Of a DNA stretch of 64,000 nucleotides, positions 51,461 to 60,558 are shown one piece after another. Position 1 is the first letter of the stretch, and each line of letters opens with the position of its first letter. The position numbers and the translations under genes were made by a program. Source of the stretch: Alphaproteobacteria bacterium (GTDB taxonomy: Bacteria > Pseudomonadota > Alphaproteobacteria > Bin95); NCBI GenBank assembly GCA_965205265.1, contig CBDBGH010000003.1, forward strand, positions 832,001-896,000, read 5' to 3'. A model generated the notes under the pieces. The model did not search any database, was not told the origin of the DNA, and worked only from the letters and a program-made list of their open reading frames with translations.

Positions 51461-52213
51461 ATGTCCGACAAACCCATAGCCCTGGTGACGGGCGGCGCGC
51501 AGGGGATCGGCTACGCCTGCGCCGAAGCGCTTGCCGAAGACGGCCACCGTCCGATCCTCGCCGACATAAAGGAAGACGGCGTGCGGGACGCCGCCGCAAG
51601 GCTCGGCGACGGGGCCGCGGGCCTCATCTGCGACATGGGCGACCCGGCCGCCATCGCCGCGCTGTTCGACCGGATCGAGAACGACTACGGGCCGGTCTCG
51701 GTGCTGGTGAACAATGCCGGCGTCGCGCTGCCGGGGGACTTCCTCGCCTACGACCTGGGCGATTTCCAGCGGGTTATCGGCGTCAACCTCGTCGGCGTCT
51801 TCGCCGCCACGCAGCGCGCGGCCAGGACGATGGTGGACAAGGGCATCCGGGGCGCCATCGTCAACATGTCCTCCATCAACGCCCAGGTCGCGATCCCGGC
51901 GATCCCCGCCTATTGCGCCTCGAAGGGCGGCGTCATGCAGATCACGAAAGCGGCCGCGCTCGCGCTGGCACCGCACGGCATCAGGGTCAATGCCGTCGGG
52001 CCCGGCTCCATCGACACGGAGATGATGGCGGGCGTGAACGCCAACCCGGAAGCGATGCAGGTGGCTATGTCGCGCACGCCGCTCAAGCGCCTGGGCTCGC
52101 CGCGCGAGATCGGCGATGTCGTGGCCTTCCTCGCCTCGGAAAAGGCGAGCTACATCACCGGCGAAACCATCTATGTCGATGGCGGGCGGCTGGGGCTCAA
52201 CTACACCTGTTGA
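51461..52213 (+). CDS. Short-chain dehydrogenase/reductase
   Basis: TGGAQGIG, NNAG, YCASKG, NAVGPG. Confidence 0.93.
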   Translation: MSDKPIALVTGGAQGIGYACAEALAEDGHRPILADIKEDGVRDAAARLGDGAAGLICDMGDPAAIAALFDRIENDYGPVSVLVNNAGVALPGDFLAYDLGDFQRVIGVNLVGVFAATQRAARTMVDKGIRGAIVNMSSINAQVAIPAIPAYCASKGGVMQITKAAALALAPHGIRVNAVGPGSIDTEMMAGVNANPEAMQVAMSRTPLKRLGSPREIGDVVAFLASEKASYITGETIYVDGGRLGLNYTC

Positions 52214-52224
52214 ACGGTCGGGGG

Positions 52225-52249
52225 CGGGCGGCCCGGAACGGGCCGCCCG
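52225..52249. terminator. GC-rich hairpin between convergent SDR and ilvD
   Basis: CGGGCGGCCC-GGAAC-GGGCCGCCCG, a 10-bp perfect stem; no clear U tract. Confidence 0.5.
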
Positions 52250-52265
52250 TCGTCTCTCGATTCTC

Positions 52266-53999
52266 TCAGATGTCGGCGTATTGCGAGACTTCGCCGCCGC
52301 CGCCCGGATGGGTGACAGCGCCCTTGCGCGCGGAGCCGACGGTCTGGGCGTATTTCCAGATCGACCCCGATCCGAACTCCGGCGGCGGCGAGACCCGGGT
52401 CTTCGCGCGCTCCGCCATTTCGGCCTCGGAGAGGTCCACATCCAGCGTGCCCGCCACGGCGTCGATGCGGATCGTGTCGCCGTCGCGCAAGAGCCCGATG
52501 GGGCCGCCCTCGGCCGCCTCGGGCCCGACATGGCCGATGCAGAAGCCGCGCGTCGCGCCGGAGAAGCGCCCGTCCGTGACCAGCGCCACCGACTCGCCGA
52601 GTCCGCGCCCGTAGATCGCCGAGGTCGTCGCCAGCATCTCGCGCATGCCGGGCCCGCCCTTGGGGCCTTCGTAGCGGATGACGATGACATCGCCCGCCTG
52701 GATGCGCCCGTCGATCACGGCGTCGAAGGCTTCTTCCTCGCGGTCGAAGCAGCGCGCCGGGCCCTCGAACTTCAGCACGTCCATGCCCGCGACCTTCACG
52801 ATCGCGCCGTCCGGGGCGAGGCTGCCCTGGAGGCCGACCACGCCGCCCGTCTCGCTGAGCGGCGTCTTCACCGGATAGACGACCTTCTGGTCGGTCGGGA
52901 AGGCGATGTCCTCGAGGTTCTCGGCCATGGTCTTGCCGGTGACGGTGATGCAGTCGCCGTGCAACAGGCCGTTGTCGAACAGCTCGCGCAGCAGGATCGG
53001 GATGCCGCCGGCGTCGTACATGTCCTTGGCGACATATTGCCCGCCGGGCTGCAGGTCGCAAATATAAGGCGTCGTGCGGAAGATCTCGGCGATCTCCAGC
53101 AGGTCGAAATCGATGCCCGCCTCATGCGCGATGGCCGGCAGGTGCAGGCCGGCATTGGTGGACCCGCCGGAGGCCGCGACCACGCGGGCGGCGTTTTCCA
53201 GCGACTTGCGGGTGACGATGTCGCGCGGGCGCAAGCCCAGCTCGATCAGGTTCATCACCTGCCTGCCGGCCTCCTCGCAATAGGCGTCGCGCGAAAGGTA
53301 GGGAGCGGGCGCAGAGCAGGAATGCGGGAGCGCGAGCCCGATGGCCTCGGCAACGGTCGCCATGGTGTTGGCCGTGAACTGGCCGCCGCAGGCCCCGCCC
53401 GAGGGGCAGGCGCATTCCTCCAGCTCCTTCAGGTCGGCGTCGCTGAACTCGCCGGACGCATGCTTGCCCACGCCCTCGAAGACATTCTGGATGGTGACGT
53501 TCCGGCCGCGGAAATTGCCGGGCAGGATCGCGCCGCCATAGAGGAAGATCGACGGCACGTTGAGGCGCACCTGCGCCATCATCATGCCGGGCAGCGACTT
53601 GTCGCAGCCGGCGAGCCCGACCAGCGCATCGTAGCAATGGCCGCGCATGGTGAGCTCGACCGAGTCCGCAATCACCTCGCGCGACACCAGCGAGGCCTTC
53701 ATGCCCTGGTGGCCCATGGCGATGCCGTCGGTGACGGTGATCGTCGTGAATTCGCGCGGCGTGCCCTCGGCGGCTTTGACGCCGGCCTTCACCGCCTGCG
53801 CCTGGCGGGAAAGCGTGATGTTGCAGGGCGCAGCCTCGTTCCAGCAGGTCGCGACGCCCACGAGCGGGGCGTGGATTTCCTCCTCCGTCATGCCCATGGC
53901 GTAGTAGAAGGAGCGGTGCGGCGCCTTGGACGGCCCTTCGGTAACGTGCCGGCTCGGCAGCCTGGACTTGTCGAAGCGTGACCCTTCGTCGAGTGGCAT
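52266..53999 (-). CDS. ilvD: Dihydroxy-acid dehydratase
   Basis: [45 protein letters not shown]. Confidence 0.95.
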   Translation of the reverse strand: MPLDEGSRFDKSRLPSRHVTEGPSKAPHRSFYYAMGMTEEEIHAPLVGVATCWNEAAPCNITLSRQAQAVKAGVKAAEGTPREFTTITVTDGIAMGHQGMKASLVSREVIADSVELTMRGHCYDALVGLAGCDKSLPGMMMAQVRLNVPSIFLYGGAILPGNFRGRNVTIQNVFEGVGKHASGEFSDADLKELEECACPSGGACGGQFTANTMATVAEAIGLALPHSCSAPAPYLSRDAYCEEAGRQVMNLIELGLRPRDIVTRKSLENAARVVAASGGSTNAGLHLPAIAHEAGIDFDLLEIAEIFRTTPYICDLQPGGQYVAKDMYDAGGIPILLRELFDNGLLHGDCITVTGKTMAENLEDIAFPTDQKVVYPVKTPLSETGGVVGLQGSLAPDGAIVKVAGMDVLKFEGPARCFDREEEAFDAVIDGRIQAGDVIVIRYEGPKGGPGMREMLATTSAIYGRGLGESVALVTDGRFSGATRGFCIGHVGPEAAEGGPIGLLRDGDTIRIDAVAGTLDVDLSEAEMAERAKTRVSPPPEFGSGSIWKYAQTVGSARKGAVTHPGGGGEVSQYADI

Positions 54000-54158
54000 G
54001 GGACAGGCGTCTCCCGATGTTGCGGTGCTGTGGAGAAAGGTTGGCCGCACTTTAGACCGGGCCGCGATGAGGCGGAAGGCGCTTGGGGCCGGGTATGCCT
54101 GTTCCGGAGCGAAGGCTATATTCGTTTCGCGGCCCTGCAGCGCAGTGGAGAGGAGATC

Positions 54159-54752
54159 ATGCACGACCACGACCATGAGCCCGGCGCGCTCGAACTCCGG
54201 GTGCAGGCGCTGGAATCGCTGCTGGTGGAGCGGGGCTATGTCGATCCCGAAGCGATGGACCGGCTGATCGAGACCTATGAGCATGAGGTCGGGCCGCATA
54301 ACGGGGCGCAGGTGGTGGCGCGCGCCTGGACCGACCCGGACTACAGGGCGCGCCTGCTTTCCGACGGCTCTGGCGCCATCGCCGAACTCGGCTTCACCGG
54401 CCGGCAGGGCGAGCACATGGTCGTCGTCGAGAACACGGCCGACGTCCACAACCTCGTCGTCTGCACGCTCTGCTCCTGCTACCCGTGGCCGGTGCTGGGG
54501 CTGCCGCCGGTCTGGTACAAGGCGCCGCCCTACCGCGCCCGCGCCGTGATCGAGCCGCGCGCCGTGCTCGCGGAATTCGGCTTGGAGGTGGCCGGGGATG
54601 TCGAGGTCAGGGTCTGGGATTCGACCGCCGAAATCCGCTACCTGGTGCTGCCCGAACGGCCTGCCGGCACGGAAGGCTGGGGCGCGGATGCGCTCGCCGG
54701 TCTGGTCACGCGCGATGCCATGATCGGCACGGCCAGGGTCGCGGCCCCATGA
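54159..54752 (+). CDS. nthA: Cobalt-type nitrile hydratase alpha subunit
   Basis: [10 protein letters not shown] (Thr/Tyr = Co-type), [17 protein letters not shown]. Confidence 0.95.
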   Translation: MHDHDHEPGALELRVQALESLLVERGYVDPEAMDRLIETYEHEVGPHNGAQVVARAWTDPDYRARLLSDGSGAIAELGFTGRQGEHMVVVENTADVHNLVVCTLCSCYPWPVLGLPPVWYKAPPYRARAVIEPRAVLAEFGLEVAGDVEVRVWDSTAEIRYLVLPERPAGTEGWGADALAGLVTRDAMIGTARVAAP

Positions 54753-55375
54753 ACGGCGCGCACGACCTGGGCGGCATGCACGGCTTCGGCCCGGTGGGGC
54801 CGGAGGCGGACGAACCGGTCTTCCATGCGGAGTGGGAGCGGCGCGCCTTCGCCCTCACGCTCGCCATGGGTTTCACCGGGCAATGGAACCTCGACAAGTC
54901 CCGCCATGCGCGCGAGACCATGCCGCCCGCCGACTATCTGGCGACCTCCTATTACGAGCATTGGCTGTTCGGGCTCGAGGCGCTGATGGCCGAGCGCGGC
55001 CTGCTGGAAGGCGCGCCGGCGAAGCTCCGGCGGCTGGATGCGGGGAATGTGGAGAAGGCGCTGAAGACCGGCGGCCCGACGGAGCGCGAGACCGAATCCG
55101 CCCCGGCCTTTGCGCCCGGCGACAGGGTGCGCGCGCTGAACATCCACCCTGTCGGCCACACCCGCCTGCCGCGCTATTGCCGCGGCCGTATCGGCATAGT
55201 CGAGCGGCTTTGGGGGGCGCATGTCTATCCCGACTCCCACGCCGCCACCGGGGACCAGGACCCGCGCCACCTCTACAGCGTGCGCTTCTCCGCGCGCGAA
55301 CTCTGGGGGCCGTCCGCCTCGGCGACGGACACGGTCATGATCGACCTCTGGGAACCCTATCTGGAGCGGGCGTGA
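54749..55375 (+). CDS. nthB: Nitrile hydratase beta subunit
   Basis: [37 protein letters not shown]. Confidence 0.95.
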   Translation: MNGAHDLGGMHGFGPVGPEADEPVFHAEWERRAFALTLAMGFTGQWNLDKSRHARETMPPADYLATSYYEHWLFGLEALMAERGLLEGAPAKLRRLDAGNVEKALKTGGPTERETESAPAFAPGDRVRALNIHPVGHTRLPRYCRGRIGIVERLWGAHVYPDSHAATGDQDPRHLYSVRFSARELWGPSASATDTVMIDLWEPYLERA

Positions 55376-55665
55376 CGCCGGACGCGCCGTTCGAGGAGCC
55401 CTGGCAGGCGCGGGCCTTCGCCATGACGGTGCGCCTGCACGAGGCGGGGCATTTCACCTGGCCCGCCTGGTCGGAGCATCTCGGCCGCGCGCTTCGCGCC
55501 GAACCCGAGCGGCCCTATTGGGAAAGCTGGCTTGCAGCGCTGGAGGAATTGACGGCGGGAAGCGGCCTCGCGGGCGCCGCTGAACTGGACGATCGTCAGG
55601 AGGCCTGGCGCCGCGCCCACGCGGAAACGCCGCACGGGCAAGCCGTCCGCCTCCCGGATCAGTAG
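55372..55665 (+). CDS. Nitrile hydratase accessory protein (P14K/NhlE-like)
   Basis: FEEPWQARAFAMTVRL, FTWPAW, WLAALE, TPHGQ; GTGA overlap with nthB. Confidence 0.88.
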   Translation: MTPDAPFEEPWQARAFAMTVRLHEAGHFTWPAWSEHLGRALRAEPERPYWESWLAALEELTAGSGLAGAAELDDRQEAWRRAHAETPHGQAVRLPDQ

Positions 55666-56849
55666 GAGCGGGGCAGGCCGAGGACGTGCTCGGCGAGATA
55701 GGCCAGCACGAGGTTGGTCGAGATCGGCGCCGTGCGGTAAAGGCGCGCCTCGCGGAATTTGCGCTCGATGTCGTACTCCTCCGCGAAGGCGAAGCCGCCA
55801 TAGGTCTGCATGCACACATCGCCCGCCTTCCAGGAGGCTTCGGCGCAGAGATGCTTGGCCATGTTGGCCTCCGGACCGCAGGGCTCGCCCGCCTCGAACA
55901 GCGCGGCCGCCTTGCGCATCATCAGCTCCGCCGCGGCGGTCTGCGCGTAAGCCTCCGCGATCGGGAACTGGATGCCCTGGTTCTGGCCGATCGGGCGCCC
56001 GAACACGCTGCGGTCGTTGGCGTATGCCACAGCGCGGTCGATGAAGAACCGGGCGTCGCCCAGCGCGTCGGACGCCACCAGGATGCGCTCGGCGTTCATG
56101 CCGTCCAGGATGTAGCGGAAGCCCCGGCCCTCCTCGCCGATCAAGGCGTCGGCCGGAATGCGCATATTGTCGAAGAACAGCTCGTTGGTCTGGTGGTTTA
56201 TCATGGTGCGGATCGGGCGGATCTCCAGCCCGTTGCCGAGCGCCTCGCGCATGTCCACCAGGAAGACCGACAGCCCGTCGGTCCGCTTCGCCACCCGGTC
56301 CTTCGGCGTGGTGCGCGCCAGCAGCAGCATGAGGTCCGAATATTGCGCGCGGCTCGTCCAGATCTTCTGGCCGTTCACGACATAGCCGTTGCCGTCCCGC
56401 ACCGCTGTCGTGCGGAGGCTCAGCGTGTCCGTGCCGCTGCTCGGCTCCGTGACGCCGAACGCTTGGAGCCGCAGTTCGCCCGTTGCGATCTTCGGCAGGT
56501 AGCGCTGCTTCTGCTCGTCGCTGCCGTGGCGGAGCAGGGTGCCCATGATGTACATCTGGGCGTGGCAGGCGCCGGCATTGCAGCCCGAGGCGTTGACTTC
56601 CTCCAGCACCGCGCTGCCGGCCGAGATCGGCAGGCCCGAGCCGCCGTATTCCTCCGGGATCAGCACCGCCAGGTAGCCGGCGTCGGTCAGCGCCTTGACG
56701 AAGGCCTCCGGATATTCGCGGTTGCGGTCGAGCTCCCGCCAGTAGTCGCCCGGATAGTTGGCGCAGAGCCGGCGCACCGCCTCGCGGATTTCGGGCCAGG
56801 TCTCGCCGACCTCCATCGTGATGGGGTGGGCCTCGTTCATCGCATCCAT
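55659..56849 (-). CDS. Acyl-CoA dehydrogenase
   Basis: IPEEYGG, FGVTEP, NGQKIW, GMNAERI, YDIERKFRE. Confidence 0.92.
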   Translation of the reverse strand: MDAMNEAHPITMEVGETWPEIREAVRRLCANYPGDYWRELDRNREYPEAFVKALTDAGYLAVLIPEEYGGSGLPISAGSAVLEEVNASGCNAGACHAQMYIMGTLLRHGSDEQKQRYLPKIATGELRLQAFGVTEPSSGTDTLSLRTTAVRDGNGYVVNGQKIWTSRAQYSDLMLLLARTTPKDRVAKRTDGLSVFLVDMREALGNGLEIRPIRTMINHQTNELFFDNMRIPADALIGEEGRGFRYILDGMNAERILVASDALGDARFFIDRAVAYANDRSVFGRPIGQNQGIQFPIAEAYAQTAAAELMMRKAAALFEAGEPCGPEANMAKHLCAEASWKAGDVCMQTYGGFAFAEEYDIERKFREARLYRTAPISTNLVLAYLAEHVLGLPRSY

Positions 56850-56920
56850 GGGGTCCGCCGCCGCTTCCGTTCCACAGTCGCGCCGGAGTAAACCGGAAGC
56901 GCCCGTGCGAATCCAGCGCG

Positions 56921-58054
56921 CTACCGGCGGCCCCGCGCGTCCACCGGCCAGATCGCTTCCAGCGCCTCGCCGCGCATGGCGTGATAGACGTCGTAGAGAT
57001 TGACCGTCGGGTCGCAATGCGGCGGGTGCAGCTCGACGATCTCCCCGACCTTGAGCCGCGCGGGGTTGTCCTCGGCATAGTGGACGCGGCCGTGCTCGTC
57101 GCCGGCGAAGCTGAAGGTCGCGCCCTCCGGCGCGCCGCGCGCAAACAGCGGCATCGGCCCGTCCGTCGCAAGCGCCTTGAGGCCCGCGTCGATGATGGCG
57201 AACTCGTCTCCCGCCGCGCTCACCACCGTCGCCATCACGAACATGGCGGGCTCGAACGGGCCGGAGCCGTCCTCGGTCAGCGCCACCCTGCCGTAATCCA
57301 CATCCATCACCGCAAAGCTGCCGGCCTGGAGCTCGCCCAGCACGCCGTGGCGGTAGTCGAGATCGTGCGTGCCCGTGCCGCCGCCCGTGACCAGCGGCGG
57401 CGCGAGGCCCGCATCCGCCAGCACCGACGAGACATGCGCGAGGCGCTCCGACACGGCCGCCACCGCCTCGGCGCGCTCGCCGTAGTCATAGACATGCTGG
57501 AGGTGGCCGGCATAGCCCTGGATGCCGGCGAAGACGAGGCCCGGCGCCTCGTCGATCTGACGCGCCAGCGCCACCGCCGCCTGCGCCGAAAGCACGCCGG
57601 TGCGCCGCGTGCCGACATCGATATCGACCAGCAACGAGAGCGGCTTGCCGGTCGCCGCCTCCGCCAGCGCCGCGACCGCGCCCGGGTCGTCGGCGACCGC
57701 CATCAGCCCCTCGGCGGTCTCGTTCAGCGCCACCAGCCGGGCGGTGCGGCCGGGCCCGACCACGGGCGAGGTGACGAGCACGCCCGGAATGCCCGCGCCC
57801 GCCAGCACCTCCGCCTCGCCCAGCGTCGCGCAGCACTGGCCGACCGCGCCCGCCGCGATCTGCCGGCGCGCGACCTCGATGCTCTTGTGGGTCTTGGCAT
57901 GCGGGCGCAGCGCCTGCCCGGTCCGTCGGCAATGCGCCGCCATGCGCGCGATATTGCGGTCGAGCGCGTCGAGGTCGAGCAGCAGGGCCGGCGTATTGAG
58001 CCTGGCGCGCCCTCCGGCCTCACCGATCAGATGTGCATTGGACCCCGGTTCCAT
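56921..58054 (-). CDS. DSD1-family fold-type III PLP enzyme (D-amino acid aldolase/dehydratase)
   Basis: TPALLLD, LRPHAKTHK, GGGTGT, DAGLK, GDEHG, HCDPTVN. Confidence 0.9.
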   Translation of the reverse strand: MEPGSNAHLIGEAGGRARLNTPALLLDLDALDRNIARMAAHCRRTGQALRPHAKTHKSIEVARRQIAAGAVGQCCATLGEAEVLAGAGIPGVLVTSPVVGPGRTARLVALNETAEGLMAVADDPGAVAALAEAATGKPLSLLVDIDVGTRRTGVLSAQAAVALARQIDEAPGLVFAGIQGYAGHLQHVYDYGERAEAVAAVSERLAHVSSVLADAGLAPPLVTGGGTGTHDLDYRHGVLGELQAGSFAVMDVDYGRVALTEDGSGPFEPAMFVMATVVSAAGDEFAIIDAGLKALATDGPMPLFARGAPEGATFSFAGDEHGRVHYAEDNPARLKVGEIVELHPPHCDPTVNLYDVYHAMRGEALEAIWPVDARGRR

Positions 58055-58191
58055 GAGCCGTCTCTCCCTCCCGCTGCAGTGGTCGCCCGACTTTACATGG
58101 TGCCGGCAGTATGCGCAGCGCCCCCGCCTCTTCCTCCGGGGGGCGGGGCATGGCAGCATTGGCGGGAGCCAGAATAGGAGGCGACACGCCC

Positions 58192-58674
58192 ATGTCCCCG
58201 CGCGCTCCGGCGCCGCAGCGCGGCTTCGAGGATTTCCGGGTCGGAGAGACCTTCCACGCGCCTTCGCGCACCCATTCCGAATCGCTGTTCTACGCCTTCC
58301 AGCTTGCGAGCGGCGACAATGCGCCGGTGCATTACGACATCGAGCATTGCCGCTCGCGCGGCTGGCCGGGCCTGATGGCGCACGGCTTCCAGACGCTGAT
58401 CCAGACCGCGCCCGGCGCGACCGGCCTCGCCGCCGAGATGGAGGATGCGCTGGTTGGCTTCCTGGAGCAGTCGAGCCGTTTTCTGAAGCCCGTCTTCTCC
58501 GGCGACACGCTCTATCCCGAGCTCGAGATCGTGGCGCTGGAGCCGCAGCGCACCACCGGCGTGATGACGCTCGCGAGCCGGGTGTGGAACCAGCGCGAAG
58601 AGCTTGTGCTGGAAGGCCGGATGCGCTTCCTGCTGCGCCTGAAGGAGCCGCGGGCGGCGGACGCGGCGGACTGA
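58192..58674 (+). CDS. MaoC family dehydratase
   Basis: FEDFRVG, SGDNAPVHYD, AHG, FLKPVFSGDT. Confidence 0.88.
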   Translation: MSPRAPAPQRGFEDFRVGETFHAPSRTHSESLFYAFQLASGDNAPVHYDIEHCRSRGWPGLMAHGFQTLIQTAPGATGLAAEMEDALVGFLEQSSRFLKPVFSGDTLYPELEIVALEPQRTTGVMTLASRVWNQREELVLEGRMRFLLRLKEPRAADAAD

Positions 58675-58692
58675 CGGGAGGAGACGGGTTCC

Positions 58693-59541
58693 ATGACGCT
58701 GGAGATACGGCCTCTTTGCGACGCGCTGGGCGCAGAGGTCACGGGCCTCGACCTGACGCGGCCGCTGGACGAGGCGGACGCGGCGGCAGTGCGCGAGGCG
58801 TTCCTCGACCGCCACCTGCTCTGCTTCCGCTCCGAGCCGCTTTCGCCCGAGGATTTCCTGCGCGCCGCCCGCCTTTTCGGCGAGCCGCAATTGCAGCTCC
58901 TCCGCCATCGCCGCCACGGCGAGACGCCGGAGGTCTCGATGCTGGAGAGCACCTATAAACGGCCCGAGGACAAGCCGGACGACCTTGCCCTCGTGCGCCT
59001 CTCCGGCTGGCACACGGACGACAGCTATTTCGCCGCGCCCGCCAAGGCGACCATGCTGCAGTCGCTGGCGCTTCCGTCCTCCGGCGGCGAGACCCGCTTC
59101 TGCAACACCCGCCGGGCCTGGGAGGCGCTGGATGAGGACGTGAAGGCGCGGATCGAGGGCGCTGAGGCGGTCCACGGCTACGACACGCCGCGCGCGCCGG
59201 GCCGGGCCGAGACGCGCACGGCCGAGGAGGCCGCCGAGACGCCGGACGTGGTGCATCCGCTCGTCCGCACCCATGAGGACACAGGCAGGAAGGCGATCTA
59301 TTTCAACCCGAACCGCACCGACCGCGTGGTCGGGCTGGAGCGGGCGGAGAGCGACGCGCTGCTCGACGGCCTTTACGCGCATATGACCGCCGACCGCTTC
59401 CGCTACGACCACTCCTGGCGGCTGGGGGATATCCTGCTCTGGGACAATCGTTGCCTGGTGCATTCGGTGAACACGGACTTCCCCGTGGGCGAGGAGCGCC
59501 GGCACCAGCGCATCCTGCTGAAGGGAGGCAAACCGGTATGA
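58693..59541 (+). CDS. TauD/TfdA family dioxygenase
   Basis: LGAEVTGLDL, WHTDDS, HPLVRTH, WDNRCLVH. Confidence 0.92.
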   Translation: MTLEIRPLCDALGAEVTGLDLTRPLDEADAAAVREAFLDRHLLCFRSEPLSPEDFLRAARLFGEPQLQLLRHRRHGETPEVSMLESTYKRPEDKPDDLALVRLSGWHTDDSYFAAPAKATMLQSLALPSSGGETRFCNTRRAWEALDEDVKARIEGAEAVHGYDTPRAPGRAETRTAEEAAETPDVVHPLVRTHEDTGRKAIYFNPNRTDRVVGLERAESDALLDGLYAHMTADRFRYDHSWRLGDILLWDNRCLVHSVNTDFPVGEERRHQRILLKGGKPV

Positions 59542-60404
59542 GCGTACAATTCGAGCCGTTGTCGCCGGCTGTCGGCGCGGAAGTCAGGGGCGTGGACCCG
59601 CGCCGGCCTCTCGACGCGGGAACCGTGGCGGAGGTGGAGGCGGCGTTCGCGGAATACGGCGTGCTGCTGTTCCGCGACGCGCCGATGGACCCGGGCGAGC
59701 TCATGGCGTTCTCCCGCCATTTCGGCCCCCTCCAGCCGCATGTGCAGCGCGCCTACCACCATCCCGATGCGCCGGATGTTGTGGTGATGACCAACCAGCA
59801 TGCCGACGGCAGTTTCGACGAGACCGGCGCCCGGCGCGGCGCCATCGAGAATGTCCGCAACGGCTGGCATTCGGACCTCGCCTATGACGCGATACCCGCC
59901 AAGGCGACGCTCCTGCATGCGACGAACGTGCCGTCCTCGGGCGGCAATACCTGCTTCGCCAGCACCGCCGCCGCCTATGAGGCGCTGCCGGAGGAGACGC
60001 GGGAACGCGCGCGCGGGCTCGAATGCCTGTTCGTCTATGGCATGGACCAGCGCAACAAGAGCCTCGCCATCGCGGCGCAGAGCCTGGACAAGGAGGAGCG
60101 CGCTGTGCATCCGGTCATCAACGCCCATGCGGCGACCGGACGGGCGGCGATCTATGCCAATCCGATGTCCACCGTCGGCATTGTCGGCATGGAGCAGGAG
60201 GAAGCGGACCGGCTGCTGGACGAGTTGTTCGACATGCTGGACCGGCCGGAATTCCGCTGGGAGCATGAGTGGTCTGTCGGCGACACGCTGATGTGGGACA
60301 ATCGCGGCGGCGTCATGCATTGCGGACGCCTCGACTACCCCCGCAACGAACTCCGCCGCTTCCTGCGCACGACGGTCACCGGCGGCCCCATCCTGCCGGC
60401 CTGA
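59538..60404 (+). CDS. TauD/TfdA family dioxygenase
   Basis: VGAEVRGVD, WHSDLA, HPVINAH, WDNRGGVMH; ATGA overlap with the upstream paralogue. Confidence 0.92.
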   Translation: MSVQFEPLSPAVGAEVRGVDPRRPLDAGTVAEVEAAFAEYGVLLFRDAPMDPGELMAFSRHFGPLQPHVQRAYHHPDAPDVVVMTNQHADGSFDETGARRGAIENVRNGWHSDLAYDAIPAKATLLHATNVPSSGGNTCFASTAAAYEALPEETRERARGLECLFVYGMDQRNKSLAIAAQSLDKEERAVHPVINAHAATGRAAIYANPMSTVGIVGMEQEEADRLLDELFDMLDRPEFRWEHEWSVGDTLMWDNRGGVMHCGRLDYPRNELRRFLRTTVTGGPILPA

Positions 60405-60558
60405 GGCACCGGCACAAGGGACTTGCAATGACCTTCCGCACCAGGAAACGGGCGCCGGGCGTCTTCCCGGAAGCCCTGCCGGCATTGGCGGCTGCCGATC
60501 CGAAGGTAGGCCTGCGCGTTCGGATTCGGCCAGCCCGGCCGTTGTCTGGATAGCTGTA

